Positions 1 through 10,995 of a stretch of DNA of 64,000 nt are shown here, piece by piece (the first letter of the stretch is position 1; each line of letters opens with the position of its first letter). The translations under genes were made by a program, and so were the position numbers. The DNA is from an uncultured delta proteobacterium (GTDB taxonomy: Bacteria; Desulfobacterota; Syntrophobacteria; BM002). Location: contig CAVQGX010000022.1 in NCBI GenBank assembly GCA_963712115.1, forward strand, positions 1 through 64,000. Reading direction: 5' to 3'. Under the pieces are notes generated by a model that was not told the DNA's origin, ran no database searches, and saw only the letters and a program-made list of their open reading frames with translations.

Positions 1-1702
1 TTTACGCAGTATTTTTGTGTCATTTAGAGAGCCCGACCCGCTTTGAACAGCTTCTTTAAAAGCTGTGTAGTGTCTTTTCCAATTCTTCCTTGGATGGAGT
101 TCGGTTACATGCTTTTGTGGGAGTTCATCTTTGGAGTAGCCGAAGAGTTCCAGTGCCTTCTTGTTCGTATCAAGAACATTTCCTTCCGTGTCTAACAACA
201 CGATGGAGTCACTGGCCTCGTTGATCAAAGCGCGATATTTTTTTTCGGATTTGCGCAGTGCCTCCTCGGTGAGCTTGCGCTCTTCAATCTGCCTTTGGAG
301 TCGCTTGTTTGCCTTGGATAGCTCGGCCGTGCGTTTTTCCACCCTGCGCTCGAGCTCGGCATGGGATTCTCGCAGTGCCGCCTCGGCCAGCTTGCGCTGG
401 GTTATATCGCGGGCGATGCCTGTGTAAAAGGTGCGCTCCCTCGTCTTCCAAACAGCCAGCGAAAGTTCCAATGGGAATTCCCTGCCGTCTTTTGCCAGCC
501 CGGTCAGCTCCACGGTTTTCCCGATAAGCTTCGACTGTCTCGACGAAGCGAGCCTCTTTACCCCAGTCTCATGGGCCTGGCGGAATCGTTCAGGCATGAT
601 AGCAGTGAGAGGTTTACCGAGCATCTCATCGGCGGAAAAGCCAAAGATGGTTTCCGCCGCCTTATTCCAGAAGGTGATGATCCCCTGGCTGTCAATGTTT
701 ATGATGGCGTCGCTGGCAGTCTCCACCACCGAGCGAAAGCGTTCCTCGCTGTGCTCCAAAGACTCCAATGCCCGGCTGTTTTGCAGGGCAATGGCAGCAA
801 GCTCCCCGAAGGCTGTTGCCATGCGAGCATCTTGCTCGGTAAAGCCTCCTTGCTTGTTGGCGAGACCGAGGAGTCCAAGGGCTTTGCCCTCAATCATCAG
901 GGGTGCAAAGAGCACATTGTCAAGGCGCACGTGCCCCTCCGGCATGAACTTCATCCACTTACTTGTGAAGAAGTCATTGTCGTAGACGGTTGTGCCGGTT
1001 GTGTAAGCTCGAGCACGCAGCCCGCGGATGGGCATGGGAAGCTCCGGGTCAACGGTGCAGGGGAGGCCGCCTGCCTCCAGAAAGAGCAACTCGTTTTCTT
1101 CGCCGTCCTCACTCAAGAGGGCAACGTAACCGGCTTTGGCGCCGACTAACTCCTTGCAGGAGTCAAAAATTGACCTGGCCGCATCCTTGAATTCCCTGTG
1201 ATGCAAGACGGCCCGTGAGGCATCGAGTAAAGCCGAGACCTCCAGCTGCCGCTGTTGAATTTGTTCCAGAGTCTGGTGCAACTCCTCCTCGGCTCGCTTG
1301 CGTTCGGTGATGTCCAGGCAGTATTCAATCACCCGAACCACCCGTTTACTCTCGTCGAAAATGGGGTGGGCGTTAACTTCAACCCAGCGCAGATTGCCCT
1401 CCTGGTCGAAGATGGCGGTGCACCACTTTAACGGGATTTCCGGTTCGCTTCACCTCGGCGAGTGGACATATGTGGTCTGAGCCATCACAGGGAGTGTCAC
1501 GACCATGGGATAGACCGTAGCAGGTTTTGACCTCCGGCGACATGGAGGACCTGGCTGCCGAGTTTGCCAAAAGAACAGAGTAGTCCTCGGCGTCGATGAC
1601 CATGAACGGGTGGTCAAGGGATTCAAGAACTGTCCAAAGGAAAAGGCTGTCTTGGAAAATCTGCTCTTCGGTTCGTTTGTCTTCAGTGATGCTATCTGAC
1701 AT
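1..1702 (-). CDS. PAS-GAF-PAS-PAS sensor protein (probably a histidine kinase), truncated by the window edge; frameshift near 1410
   Basis: ORF MSDSITED... (PAS-like, HPFMVIDAEDY). After a 1-nt shift it continues into GAF-like and PAS repeats (SEERFRSVVETASDAII..., EKKYRALINEASDSIV...), open to position 1. Confidence 0.8.
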
Positions 1703-1758
1703 TTTCGATCTTCCCTTGCTTGTCAATAGGGTACAAAACTCATGTTAACATTACCATA

Positions 1759-2055
1759 CTAATCGTCCTTTAGACTTTCCTCGCCGGGGGCCAAACCCCT
1801 TTCTGACGAGCTTGTTTCTTTGGCGTTGGCAAGAACTTGGGCGATCACCTCGTTTTGAGGATTGAGTTTTCTGGCTCGTTTGAGGGAATCGATGGCCTGG
1901 GGCCACTGGTAGCCGACAGCATAGAGACGGCCCAGGGTCAGCCACAAGCTCCAGTCGTGTGGCCTCCGCCTCAGCTTTCGCTTGACAAGCACGATGGCAA
2001 AGCTGGCGGTGAGGTACGTGCAGCTGTCTCTAAATTTCTGCCACCAGCTGGCCAA
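1759..2055 (-). CDS. small tetratricopeptide-repeat protein
   Basis: TPR-like LWLTLGRLYAVGYQWPQAIDSLKRARKLNPQN. Confidence 0.65.
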   Translation of the reverse strand: MASWWQKFRDSCTYLTASFAIVLVKRKLRRRPHDWSLWLTLGRLYAVGYQWPQAIDSLKRARKLNPQNEVIAQVLANAKETSSSERGLAPGEESLKDD

Positions 2056-2068
2056 AACAAAATCCCCC

Positions 2069-2113
2069 CCGCCCGCCTCGCCTGAGCGAGCAGGCTCGCG
2101 ATGGCGGGCAGGC
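2069..2113 (+). repeat. ~45-bp palindromic mini-element (CCGCCCGCCTCGCC...GATGGCGGGCAGGC) nested in a CCCCCTTT...AAAGGGGG hairpin repeat
   Basis: Related copies at 16092-16132 (reverse) and 41447-41494. Confidence 0.7.
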
Positions 2114-2234
2114 TTAATCCCCCTTTAAAAAAGGGGGAGATTTCGGAACGAATTGCAGCAGCCTCGCCCCTTGAGCAAAACGGGTCGGAGACTGGCTAAA
2201 CTGGCCGAACCGGCCAAACTGGCTCAACCCCAGA

Positions 2235-2654
2235 TTAGCGGCTCTGGTGTCGCAGCGAAAAACCAGCGTCTTTCAGCAGCGTCCAGTAGCGGCGACTACT
2301 ATCGAGTCGTTCCTCGTTGTCCACCACCAGATGGAAGGCGTGGGAGAATTGACTGACTAAATCAACTTCACTGTAGCCCATCATTAGCAGGGAATCCATC
2401 CCAGGCACCTGCTGTTTACGGGTGGTGATGACCACGGGCTGGTCTGGTTCATCAGGGGAACCAACCCACAGGCCATGGGGAACAAAGCTGCCGGGTTTAA
2501 AGGTCCAGAGCAAATCGTCCAGCCTTTCTGCCTGCTCTTGATCAAGAGCGATGATTTGCAGTCTTCTTCCTCGGGCGTAATTCTCCTCGGCAATTTCACA
2601 TGCCCGCATTTCCATTCGACTAACGGTGACTTCAACAAAGATAACTTCTGTCAT
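2235..2654 (-). CDS. holC: DNA polymerase III chi subunit
   Basis: AERLDDLLWTFKPGSFVPHG is the HolC signature; ~140 aa. Confidence 0.85.
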   Translation of the reverse strand: MTEVIFVEVTVSRMEMRACEIAEENYARGRRLQIIALDQEQAERLDDLLWTFKPGSFVPHGLWVGSPDEPDQPVVITTRKQQVPGMDSLLMMGYSEVDLVSQFSHAFHLVVDNEERLDSSRRYWTLLKDAGFSLRHQSR

Positions 2655-2993
2655 GGTTCTAATCAGGATAAGACTAGAAGAGCAAGGAAATAACCACAAA
2701 GGGTTGGAATTTTAGATTGTTGATTGCAGATTGGTGGAGGCATAGAGCATGGGGCAATGGAGCATGGGGTCAAATTTCGAATTTCGGAATTAGGACAAAC
2801 ATAGACACTGTTGGCGACCGGTAAGAACCAATATTTGACAGCCACTCACTTCTGATTGTCTTCTCCTCAATGCTGGCTCCTAGCTCCTGACTCCTGGCTT
2901 CTAAGATCCGCTACCAGTTAATCTCGCATCTTGCGTCTCAGTGCAATCTAACATCATCATGTCTTCGTGCTCTTCGTGGTGAATTAAAGGATC

Positions 2994-4202
2994 TTAATAT
3001 CCCCACTCACTCAGCCAGTTCACCGGGTAGACATAGTCGGCGTTAGCAAGATTCTTGGGCCAGATGAGCTTCAGTCGGCTGAACTGCAATTGGACCACGT
3101 AGGAAGTCAGTTTGTTCTGATTGATTTTCTTGCCGTAGGAGGTGAAACTCACCGGTCCGAAGAGGGTCATCAAGCGGGTATTCTCCAAGGATTTCTTAAT
3201 GTCTTCCGGGGCAAAAGATGTGGCCCTCTGAAGCACGTCCTTAATCACATAGGCGGCGGCATAGGCCTCTGCCCCGTGATAGTCAGGCTCCTTGTTGTAT
3301 CTTGCAGTGAACCTGGTGAAGTAAGTCATGGCGCCGGGCAGGGGTAATGCCTGGTGCCACAGGGTGGCTGTAAGTACCTTTTCTGAGGCGATTCCAGCGT
3401 ACTGGACAAATTCGGGCATGGTAAATCCGGTGGCACCGCCGAGGAAGATCTTTGGGGTGATTTTCATTTGCCGGGCTTCTATCATGATGGTGGAACCGTC
3501 GGCGACGTAAGAACACATGTAAACGATGTCAGGATTGAGTTCCTTGACTTTGTTAAGGATAGGCTTGAAATCTTCGACCCCGTGTTCATAAGCTTCAGCC
3601 ATTAACACCTGGATGCCCAGTTTGTCGCAGGTCTTCCGGAAAAATTCAGCACTGTTTCTGCCGTGCACGGAGTCTTCATGGATTATGACCGCGGTCTTGG
3701 GTTTGACCACTTCCGCCATAAAACTCTCAATTCCGCTAGTGTACTCGCTCCCCGGAGGATTGAGACGGAAGACATAATCCCAGCCCTGCTCGGTTATCTT
3801 GTCGTCGGAGGCGGTGTTTATGAGAAAGGGGACGCGGTTTTGCTGGGCCAGACCAGCCACCGAGAAAGTCACGGGGCTGTAGTAGCCGCCACCGAGCATA
3901 ACCACCTTATCTTCTTCCATGAGCTTTTTCACTGCCTCACGTCCCACATCGACATCGCCCTTGGTATCCTGGTAGATAAGATCGAGCTTCCTGCCATTGA
4001 TTCCTCCACCACCGTTGATCTCCTCCAGGGCCAGGTCAAAGGACTGTTTTTCCATTTCACCAAAATATTCTAAAGGGCCACTAAGAGGCAAAAGGATGCC
4101 CACCTTGATGGTCTCTGCTGCCAGCACCCCAGTCGGCAATAACAAGACCGCGACTGCTATAGTTACAAAGAAGTGGAGAAAATGCTTTCTCTGTTTACCC
4201 AT
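2994..4202 (-). CDS. branched-chain amino acid ABC transporter substrate-binding protein (second paralog)
   Basis: Signal peptide, IKVGILLPLSG, EEINGGGGINGRKL; clearly paralogous to 9787-10995. Confidence 0.9.
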   Translation of the reverse strand: MGKQRKHFLHFFVTIAVAVLLLPTGVLAAETIKVGILLPLSGPLEYFGEMEKQSFDLALEEINGGGGINGRKLDLIYQDTKGDVDVGREAVKKLMEEDKVVMLGGGYYSPVTFSVAGLAQQNRVPFLINTASDDKITEQGWDYVFRLNPPGSEYTSGIESFMAEVVKPKTAVIIHEDSVHGRNSAEFFRKTCDKLGIQVLMAEAYEHGVEDFKPILNKVKELNPDIVYMCSYVADGSTIMIEARQMKITPKIFLGGATGFTMPEFVQYAGIASEKVLTATLWHQALPLPGAMTYFTRFTARYNKEPDYHGAEAYAAAYVIKDVLQRATSFAPEDIKKSLENTRLMTLFGPVSFTSYGKKINQNKLTSYVVQLQFSRLKLIWPKNLANADYVYPVNWLSEWGY

Positions 4203-4330
4203 GGATATTCCTCCTTGACTAGTGGGAGTAGAGAGACAAGTGATAATTAACAAAAAATGAAGTTAGGTTACCATTGCAAAAATTATCTATTCCTACCATT
4301 TTGGCTAGAGGGGGACAAGCAATAATTAAG

Positions 4331-4578
4331 CCCCTGATCCACCATCAAGGCATCATCTGCCGTTCGACAGGCTCACGGCCTTGAGCAAAGTCGAAGGGCG
4401 GCGTTGCCTTCGATCGCTCCTCCCCCCGCCTGCGCGGGGGCATGCTTGCGGCGTATTGCTCCATACGGTTCAGTCGTTGCTCCTCGGCGCCTTGCATCTA
4501 ATAACTTGCTGGTGATCATGAATACTCCATAAGCCGCTGATTTCAGTCCATATAATTAGATTAGACGGTGGATTTGGG
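4331..4578. mobile_element. MITE-like repeat family F
   Basis: Imperfect ends CCCTGATCCACCATCAA / TAGACGGTGGATTTGGG; homologous to 11252-11381 and 56307-56381 (reverse). Confidence 0.65.
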
Positions 4579-4613
4579 AAGCCATGCATTTGCAACAAGA
4601 CCGCTAGGTTAGT

Positions 4614-4784
4614 TATACGGAGCGTACACTAAATGCGTATGCTCGACCAAAACAGGGTTATATGTAGGGGTGGGCTTTATGCCCACCCGATGAACCGATT
4701 TCAAAACTTTTCCGGGCGGGAATAAATCCCGCCCCTACGACAAGATTCGAAAAAGTATGCGCAATAATTATGACGCTGTGTATA
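4614..4784. mobile_element. MITE/REPIN-like repeat family C with an internal GTAGGGG...CCCCTAC REP doublet
   Basis: Ends TATACGGAGCGT / ACGCTGTGTATA; second copy at 43815-43988. Confidence 0.7.
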
Positions 4785-4821
4785 GTTTCGAGATAAAAAC
4801 CAAGTAGCACTTACAGCAAGG

Positions 4822-5163
4822 CTAACAGGTTAAATGAAAAGCGCCGGCAACTCTTTTGCCCTGGCCATGGAGGGTGTTGAAAATGGTAACAGCCTCTTTG
4901 GTGGGGACAGCCACCAGTTCAATCCCCCGTCCTTTGATAGCCCTCGCCGCCTCGTCCGTTACCTTCATTCCCCCATAGGCACCTGTTCCCACTACGAGAA
5001 CTTCCACGGTAGAATATAAGATGTCGTCGATGTCCTCAACATATAAGGCGTGGCCCTCCCTTCGCCACCAGTTGCCTACTATTTCGCTGTCGATGATCTT
5101 CAAATCATTGCGGTGCCTCTGTCCCATCACGGTCATGCTGCCAAAAACGTAGGCTTCAATCAT
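4822..5163 (-). CDS. Mth938-like (DUF498) domain protein
   Basis: MIEAYVFGSMTV...EVLVVGTGAYG...AFHLTC is typical of the family. Confidence 0.85.
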   Translation of the reverse strand: MIEAYVFGSMTVMGQRHRNDLKIIDSEIVGNWWRREGHALYVEDIDDILYSTVEVLVVGTGAYGGMKVTDEAARAIKGRGIELVAVPTKEAVTIFNTLHGQGKRVAGAFHLTC

Positions 5164-5258
5164 AAGATTACCTCCACTTCTCCGTTGCCTTGGCCGGAGT
5201 GCTGAGGTGAGCCAAGCAGGGCCGGTCACCGAAGCGGCCACATAACAATGACGCTTTG

Positions 5259-5398
5259 GAGGCTGTCCGATAAGCCCTTTCCCCTCCCCTGGCGGGAGGG
5301 GATTAAGGGGAGGGGGAAAGGGAAATTAGCTGAAGATACCATTATTTTTCACCCCCACCCTAACCCTCCCCCGTCTAGGGGGAGGGGATTTTGAGGTT
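5259..5398. mobile_element. MITE-like family A (one terminal repeat lost)
   Basis: Starts GAGGCTGTCCGA; reverse-orientation homolog of 16473-16624. Confidence 0.65.
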
Positions 5399-5534
5399 CT
5401 ATGAGCTGGGAATTGTCCCTTGATGAATAATGATACACCAGAAGATGTTCCACTTAAAGACTACTCTACTCCGTCTGGGGCTGGGCAATACACTGTGGAT
5501 GCAGGGGGGAGTATTTATTTGGCAGCTTTGGGAC

Positions 5535-6191
5535 TTAAGCCAATCTGTCGTGGGAATGGTAGAGAACCTTAAATTTGCCCTCAAGCTCCTGGAACAGGGC
5601 CTGTTCATTCCCTACTTCCCTGGCGCGGATATATACGAACCGGAAGCCCTCGGGTGCGCGCTCATACTCGGTTAAGATGCTCACAATGCGGCCACCGTGG
5701 GCCCGGATGACACCAGCAACTTCCCCGATGGAACCAGGCCGATCTTCCAGTTGAAAACCGATTTGCAATTCCGCCTGATAAATACCGGAGATGGAGACAA
5801 AGGCACGAAACACGTCGCCTTTGGTAATAATTCCCTGCAACTCTCCTTGCGGGTTGACTACCGGCAGTGCAGAGATATTGTGCTTCAGCATTGTGGCGGC
5901 CGCTTTTTCTACGCTTTCCTCAGCGGTAATCGTAAAGAGGTTGGGGGACATGACGCTGCTGACCTTGACTTCGTCCAGTAGATAGTAGAGCTCGTAAATA
6001 TCCAGAGCGGTGGCCTTGGAAGGCTGGGCCTCCTTCAGGTCGCGGTCGGAAATGATCCCGATAAGGCGTTTTTCTTTAAGGACCGGCAAATGTTGAATTC
6101 CGTTTTGCTTCATTAGCTTGGATGCTTTCATAATAGAAGCATCACGATCAACGGAAATAACCTTGCTGCTCATCCAATTCTGCACCAACAT
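5535..6191 (-). CDS. CBS + ACT domain protein (AcuB-like)
   Basis: Two CBS repeats (HLPVL..IGIISDRDL; ALPVV..GIITKGD) and a C-terminal ACT domain (EDRPGSI). Confidence 0.9.
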   Translation of the reverse strand: MLVQNWMSSKVISVDRDASIMKASKLMKQNGIQHLPVLKEKRLIGIISDRDLKEAQPSKATALDIYELYYLLDEVKVSSVMSPNLFTITAEESVEKAAATMLKHNISALPVVNPQGELQGIITKGDVFRAFVSISGIYQAELQIGFQLEDRPGSIGEVAGVIRAHGGRIVSILTEYERAPEGFRFVYIRAREVGNEQALFQELEGKFKVLYHSHDRLA

Positions 6192-6302
6192 GAAAAACCT
6201 CCTTAACTCTTTGCTGTCACTCTCGATCTCAGAATCGATCCTCAGGTTGCCTTCCTTTTCAAACAGCCGGAAAAATGCTGGCGCTCAGATCCGTGGAGGA
6301 AG

Positions 6303-7007
6303 CTAGATACCCAGGTAGGCCTCTTTGACGTGTTCGTTGTTGAGAAGTTCCTGCCCGGTGCCGCTCAGCACAACGCGGCCATTTTCCAGTACATAGCCGC
6401 GGTCACTTATCTCCAGGGTTTGTTTGGTATTTTGCTCGGTTACCAGCACAGTGACACCTTCCTGATTGATACGCTTAATGATCTTGAAGATCTCAGCCAC
6501 CAGAATGGGGGCCAACCCCAGGGAAGGCTCATCAAACATGATTAATTTGGGAAGGGCCATGAGACCGCGGCCCACTGCAACCATCTGCTGCTCGCCGCCG
6601 GAAAGGGTGCCGGTCATCTGCTTTTCCCGCTCCCGTAGCCTTGGAAAGAGGCCGAAAACCCACTCCATGGTTTCATCGCGCTTTTGCTTGGCCTGGGGAC
6701 TAAGGGATCCCATAATCAAATTCTCCCGCACCGACATCTCCGGAAACAGTCGGCGGCCCTCCGGCACATGGACAACGCCGTGTTCGATGATCCTGTTGGC
6801 GGGGATCTTGTCCAACCGCTGATCCAGGAAGCGGATGCTGCCATTGGCAGGGTTCAACAGACCAGAGAGGGTCTTGAGGATGGTGGACTTGCCGGAGCCG
6901 TTGGCGCCAACCAGGGCGACGATTTCACCTTCCTCCACCTCGAAGGAGACATCCCAGAGCACCTGCAGATCACCGTAGAACACGTCAATGTTTTGCACCT
7001 CGAGCAT
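6303..7007 (-). CDS. livF: branched-chain amino acid ABC transporter ATP-binding protein
   Basis: GANGSGKST, VPEGRRLF, LSGGEQQM, DEPSLGLAP. Confidence 0.93.
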   Translation of the reverse strand: MLEVQNIDVFYGDLQVLWDVSFEVEEGEIVALVGANGSGKSTILKTLSGLLNPANGSIRFLDQRLDKIPANRIIEHGVVHVPEGRRLFPEMSVRENLIMGSLSPQAKQKRDETMEWVFGLFPRLREREKQMTGTLSGGEQQMVAVGRGLMALPKLIMFDEPSLGLAPILVAEIFKIIKRINQEGVTVLVTEQNTKQTLEISDRGYVLENGRVVLSGTGQELLNNEHVKEAYLGI

Positions 7008-7008
7008 A

Positions 7009-7722
7009 TTATTCCTCCCCCAGGTAGGCTTCGATGACTTGTTTATTGCTGGCCACTTCTTTGGGGGTGCCTTCGGCAATGGTCTGACCATAGTTGATGG
7101 CGTGGATGCGATCGGAGATGGTCATGATAACCTTCATGATGTGCTCGACAATAATGACGGTGACCCCGCGGTCGCGAATTCGTTGAATCAAGTCTATGGC
7201 TTCATCAAGTTCCCCGGGATTCAACCCTGCGGCGGTCTCGTCCAAAAGAAGTAGCTCAGGCTTGGTAGCCATAGCGCGGGTGATTTCCAGACGCTTGCGC
7301 CCGGCAATTGGCAGGCTGGCGGCAGATTTGTCCTTTTCTTTAAGAAGGTTGCAGAATTCCAGTGTCTCCAGGGCCAACTTTTGCGATTCCCGGAAACTGT
7401 TGACCCGGCAAAACGCCGAAGCCATCACATTCTCGAGCACAGTCATGCGCTTGAGCGGCTTCACCACCTGAAAGGTGCGGCCGATACCCAGGTGGCAGAT
7501 CTGGTACGTCTTCATGCCTTTGAGGCTCTTGTCTTTGAAGACGATATCTCCGCCAGTGAGAGGAAAGTATTGATTGATGAGGTTGAAGATGGTGGTCTTA
7601 CCGGAGCCATTGGGGCCGATGAGTCCAAAAATCTCTCCCCGCTCCACCTGGAAACTAACGCCGCCCACTGCCATGAGCCCGCCGAACCTTTTGCTGATCT
7701 CTTTTACTTCAAAGAAATTCAC
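7009..7722 (-). CDS. livG: branched-chain amino acid ABC transporter ATP-binding protein
   Basis: GPNGSGKTT, GIGRTFQ, LLDETAAG, VIEAYLG; probable GTG start. Confidence 0.92.
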   Translation of the reverse strand: MNFFEVKEISKRFGGLMAVGGVSFQVERGEIFGLIGPNGSGKTTIFNLINQYFPLTGGDIVFKDKSLKGMKTYQICHLGIGRTFQVVKPLKRMTVLENVMASAFCRVNSFRESQKLALETLEFCNLLKEKDKSAASLPIAGRKRLEITRAMATKPELLLLDETAAGLNPGELDEAIDLIQRIRDRGVTVIIVEHIMKVIMTISDRIHAINYGQTIAEGTPKEVASNKQVIEAYLGEE

Positions 7723-7738
7723 TGCTCGCTCCCCGCAT

Positions 7739-8692
7739 TCAGCGGCTCCTAACAAAGAGCCGCTTTATCTTTGGCCAATCACCCACAACACCGTTGGCCA
7801 TAAAAAGGATAACAAAGATTACCAGGAGCCCAAAAACCAGCACGTGGGACTGGCTGACCCAGGTGGGGGCCAAGCCGAAAAGGGAACTGCGGAAGGTTTC
7901 TTGAACACCGATCATAATGAAAGCACCCACGGCGGGACCCCAGATGGTGGCAACTCCACCGATAATTCCCACGAGAATAGCCATGATTGAGATGTAGTGG
8001 AGGGAGAAAACTACCTCAGGGTCGATGAAGGCCATGTAGTTCATGTAAAAGGCTCCGGCCATGCCAGTGAAAAAAGAACTGATCAACAGCGATATGTTCT
8101 TGTAAAGACTGGCATTGATACCCAGAGACTCCGCCGCATCCTGGTCTTCGCGGATTGAAACAAAATAAAAACCCCACTTGGATTTCATTACCAGGGCAAA
8201 GACCAAGATTGAGGCCGCCGCCAGAGCCAATGCCAGATAATAGTAGGGCAGTTTGCTTCGGAAGGTCTGAAGAATCATGATACCCAGCATGCCCTCGGTG
8301 AGGCTTTCCCAGTTGGCGGCGATCAGTCGAAAAATCTCACCCGCAGCGATGGTCGCCAGGGCGAAATAGGGGCCCCGCAAGCGAAAGCAGACCCAGCCGA
8401 TAAAGAGGCCCACAAGGGCTGCGGTGAAACCGCCGAAAACCATTCCCCACCAAGCGGAGATTGCCAGTTTGTTGGCGAGTATCCCAGCGGTGTAGGCCCC
8501 GGTGCCGAAAAAGACCGCATGACCGAATGAGACCTGGCCGGTATATCCGGCCAGAAGGTTCCAGGAACCGCCGATAACCACCCACATCAGGGCCAAGATG
8601 ACTAGGTGTTGATAGTAATCGGACTTCACCACCAAGGGAAACAAAAGAGAGATAATGGCGACAATGGCAATGATCACCTGGTTGCGTTTCAT
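7739..8692 (-). CDS. livM: branched-chain amino acid ABC transporter permease
   Basis: GYTGQVSFGHAVFFGTGAY, LRGPYFALAT, IREDQDAAESLGI. Confidence 0.92.
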   Translation of the reverse strand: MKRNQVIIAIVAIISLLFPLVVKSDYYQHLVILALMWVVIGGSWNLLAGYTGQVSFGHAVFFGTGAYTAGILANKLAISAWWGMVFGGFTAALVGLFIGWVCFRLRGPYFALATIAAGEIFRLIAANWESLTEGMLGIMILQTFRSKLPYYYLALALAAASILVFALVMKSKWGFYFVSIREDQDAAESLGINASLYKNISLLISSFFTGMAGAFYMNYMAFIDPEVVFSLHYISIMAILVGIIGGVATIWGPAVGAFIMIGVQETFRSSLFGLAPTWVSQSHVLVFGLLVIFVILFMANGVVGDWPKIKRLFVRSR

Positions 8693-8835
8693 GTCACTCC
8701 TCACTTGCTTCGAGCAGAGCGCTTAGCGCATGGCGTTTAGGTTTTAGGAGCCAGGAGTCAGGAGCCAGTGGCCGAGAGATCGACAAAGTTGCTTTTGTTG
8801 CTGGATTCTGGCTTCTGAATTCTGACTCCTTGTTG

Positions 8836-9711
8836 TTAAATTTTGGTCAAACGCTTCAGGCCGCCCGGCAAGAAGATTAAAACCAACAGAAAGATGACAA
8901 AACCCACCATCTCGCGGTATTGCATGCCGATATATGTGGCTCCCAATGATTCGGCAATCCCTAAGGTAACTCCTCCGAAGATGGCACCCACCGTACTGCC
9001 CATGCCACCGAGGATGGTAATCACGAAAGCTTTGAGGGTGAAAGGCCCGCCTATGTCAGGAAACAGATAAAAAATAGGAATAAGCAAAGAGCCGGCCGCT
9101 GCCACCAACCCTGAGCCCAAGCCGTAAGTGATCACCGTGATCCGGCTCGAATTTACCCCCATCAGAGTGGCGGCTTCCTTATCCTGCGCCGTAGCCCGTA
9201 TAGACCGGCCCAAATCAGTCTTGAGAAGAAACCAGAAGAGCGCAAGCGTTAAAAGCACAGCAATGAAGAAGGCAATTACCATAGCCAGATTAAATGAAAT
9301 TCCTCCCAAAAAGAAAGAACCACCACTGTAACCGGTCCTGACCGACTTATAATCGGAGCTGAAGATAAAACGGGCGATCTCGGTGAGTACCATGCCAATG
9401 CCAACGGTCATCAACACCTGATTTTCCGGAAGAATGGCCTCCACCTTCATCAGGGGGTTGAGCAACACCTTCTGAATGATCACCCCCAAGAGAAAGAGGC
9501 CAGGCATGGCTACCAGCAGGGACAGATATGGATCAATCTTGAGATAGGCGTGCAGGACATAGGTGATGTACATGGCCACCATCATCAATTGGCCATGGGC
9601 CAGATTGATTATCCCCATGACACCCATGATCAGAGTCATGCCAATACCGATGAGGGCGTAAATGCCCCCGATAAGAACTCCGGAAGCCATGGTTTGTAAA
9701 AAAACTTCCAT
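8836..9711 (-). CDS. livH: branched-chain amino acid ABC transporter permease
   Basis: YALIGIGMTLIMGVMGIINLAHG, GRSIRATAQD, ILGGMGS. Confidence 0.92.
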   Translation of the reverse strand: MEVFLQTMASGVLIGGIYALIGIGMTLIMGVMGIINLAHGQLMMVAMYITYVLHAYLKIDPYLSLLVAMPGLFLLGVIIQKVLLNPLMKVEAILPENQVLMTVGIGMVLTEIARFIFSSDYKSVRTGYSGGSFFLGGISFNLAMVIAFFIAVLLTLALFWFLLKTDLGRSIRATAQDKEAATLMGVNSSRITVITYGLGSGLVAAAGSLLIPIFYLFPDIGGPFTLKAFVITILGGMGSTVGAIFGGVTLGIAESLGATYIGMQYREMVGFVIFLLVLIFLPGGLKRLTKI

Positions 9712-9734
9712 ATCAAGTTTCCTTCCGCAGCTGC

Positions 9735-9775
9735 AAAAAAAGCGGTGGAGGACTATGAGTCGTTCTCCACCGCTT
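9735..9775 (-). terminator. intrinsic terminator/stabilising hairpin between livK and livH
   Basis: AAGCGGTGGAG...CTCCACCGCTT stem followed by a T-run on the minus strand. Confidence 0.7.
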
Positions 9776-9786
9776 GCAGATTCACC

Positions 9787-10995
9787 TTAGTATCCCCATT
9801 CCTTGAGCCAGTCCACCGGATAGGCGTACTTAGCGTTTGCCAGGTCTGTGGGCCAGATGAGCTTCAGTTGGCCGTTCTGCCACTGGACCACGTAGGTGGT
9901 CAACTTGTTCTGGTTGGTTTTCTTCCCGTAAGAGACAAATTTTACCGGACCGAAAGCCGTCATCATGTTAGTCTCGGCAAGAGCTTGTTTTATGTCCTCC
10001 GGGCTAAACGATTTGGCTCGTTTGAGAACATCAGCGATCACGTACGCAGCCGCATAAGCCTCGGCTCCGTGATACTCGGTATCCTTATTGTATCTGGCTT
10101 TGAACTTCTTGAAGTAGTCCATGGCCCCTGGCAGAGGCAGCACCTCGTGCCACAGGGTGGCCGACACCACTTTTTCAGAAGCAACGCCAGCATTTTCCTT
10201 GAACTCGGGTAGGGTAAAGCCGGCCCCGCCGCCGATAAACAGCTTGGGAGTCAGCCTCAATTCCCGGGACTGGCGCATCAAGAGGGCCGCGTCCATGACG
10301 TAGGACACCATATAAACAATGTCCGGGTTCAGCTGCTTTACCTTGACCAAGATCGGCTTGTAATCAATACCCGCGTGTTCGTAGCCCTCGTTCAGCATCA
10401 CCTCGATTCCAAGTTTTTCACAACTTTCGGCGAATGCCTTGGAGCTGCTGGTACCGAATTTTGTGTTTTCATAAAGAATAGCCACACTTTTGGGCTTTAC
10501 CACCTCGGCGAGTAATTCCTCAACACCGCTAGAATACTCGCTGGCCGGCGGGTTTAGACGAAAAACATAATCAAAACCCTTCTCGGTGATGTCATCTGCC
10601 GAGCCGGTGTTGATCAGAAAGGGCATGCTGTTTTGTTGGGCGACACCGGCCAAACCGGCTGTTACCGAACTGGAATAGCCGCCACCAAGCATGATAACTT
10701 TATCCTTGGTGATGAGCTTTTCCGCCACCGAACGGCCCACTTCGGGCCTGCCAGTATCGTCCTCCATGAGAAATTCGAGCTTTTTGCCCTTGACGCCTCC
10801 TGCAGCGTTGATCTCCTCCAGAGCCAGATCGAAAGATAGCTTCTCGATCTCGCCGAATGCTGCCTGAGAACCGGTTAGGGGCAAGACAATGCCCACCTTG
10901 ATCGTGTCGGCAGCGGAAACCATCGCGGGCGAGATGAATGCCAGTGCAGAGATTACCATAGAAACCATCAAAATGTACTTCCAGCCTTTGCTCAT
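9787..10995 (-). CDS. livK: branched-chain amino acid ABC transporter substrate-binding protein
   Basis: Signal peptide, IKVGIVLPLTG, EEINAAGGVKG; first gene of the liv operon. Confidence 0.88.
   Translation of the reverse strand: MSKGWKYILMVSMVISALAFISPAMVSAADTIKVGIVLPLTGSQAAFGEIEKLSFDLALEEINAAGGVKGKKLEFLMEDDTGRPEVGRSVAEKLITKDKVIMLGGGYSSSVTAGLAGVAQQNSMPFLINTGSADDITEKGFDYVFRLNPPASEYSSGVEELLAEVVKPKSVAILYENTKFGTSSSKAFAESCEKLGIEVMLNEGYEHAGIDYKPILVKVKQLNPDIVYMVSYVMDAALLMRQSRELRLTPKLFIGGGAGFTLPEFKENAGVASEKVVSATLWHEVLPLPGAMDYFKKFKARYNKDTEYHGAEAYAAAYVIADVLKRAKSFSPEDIKQALAETNMMTAFGPVKFVSYGKKTNQNKLTTYVVQWQNGQLKLIWPTDLANAKYAYPVDWLKEWGY

Noticed and set aside
161-1190. Long plus-strand ORFs (e.g. 361-1149)
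   Set aside because: Antisense shadows of the minus-strand PAS/GAF sensor gene.
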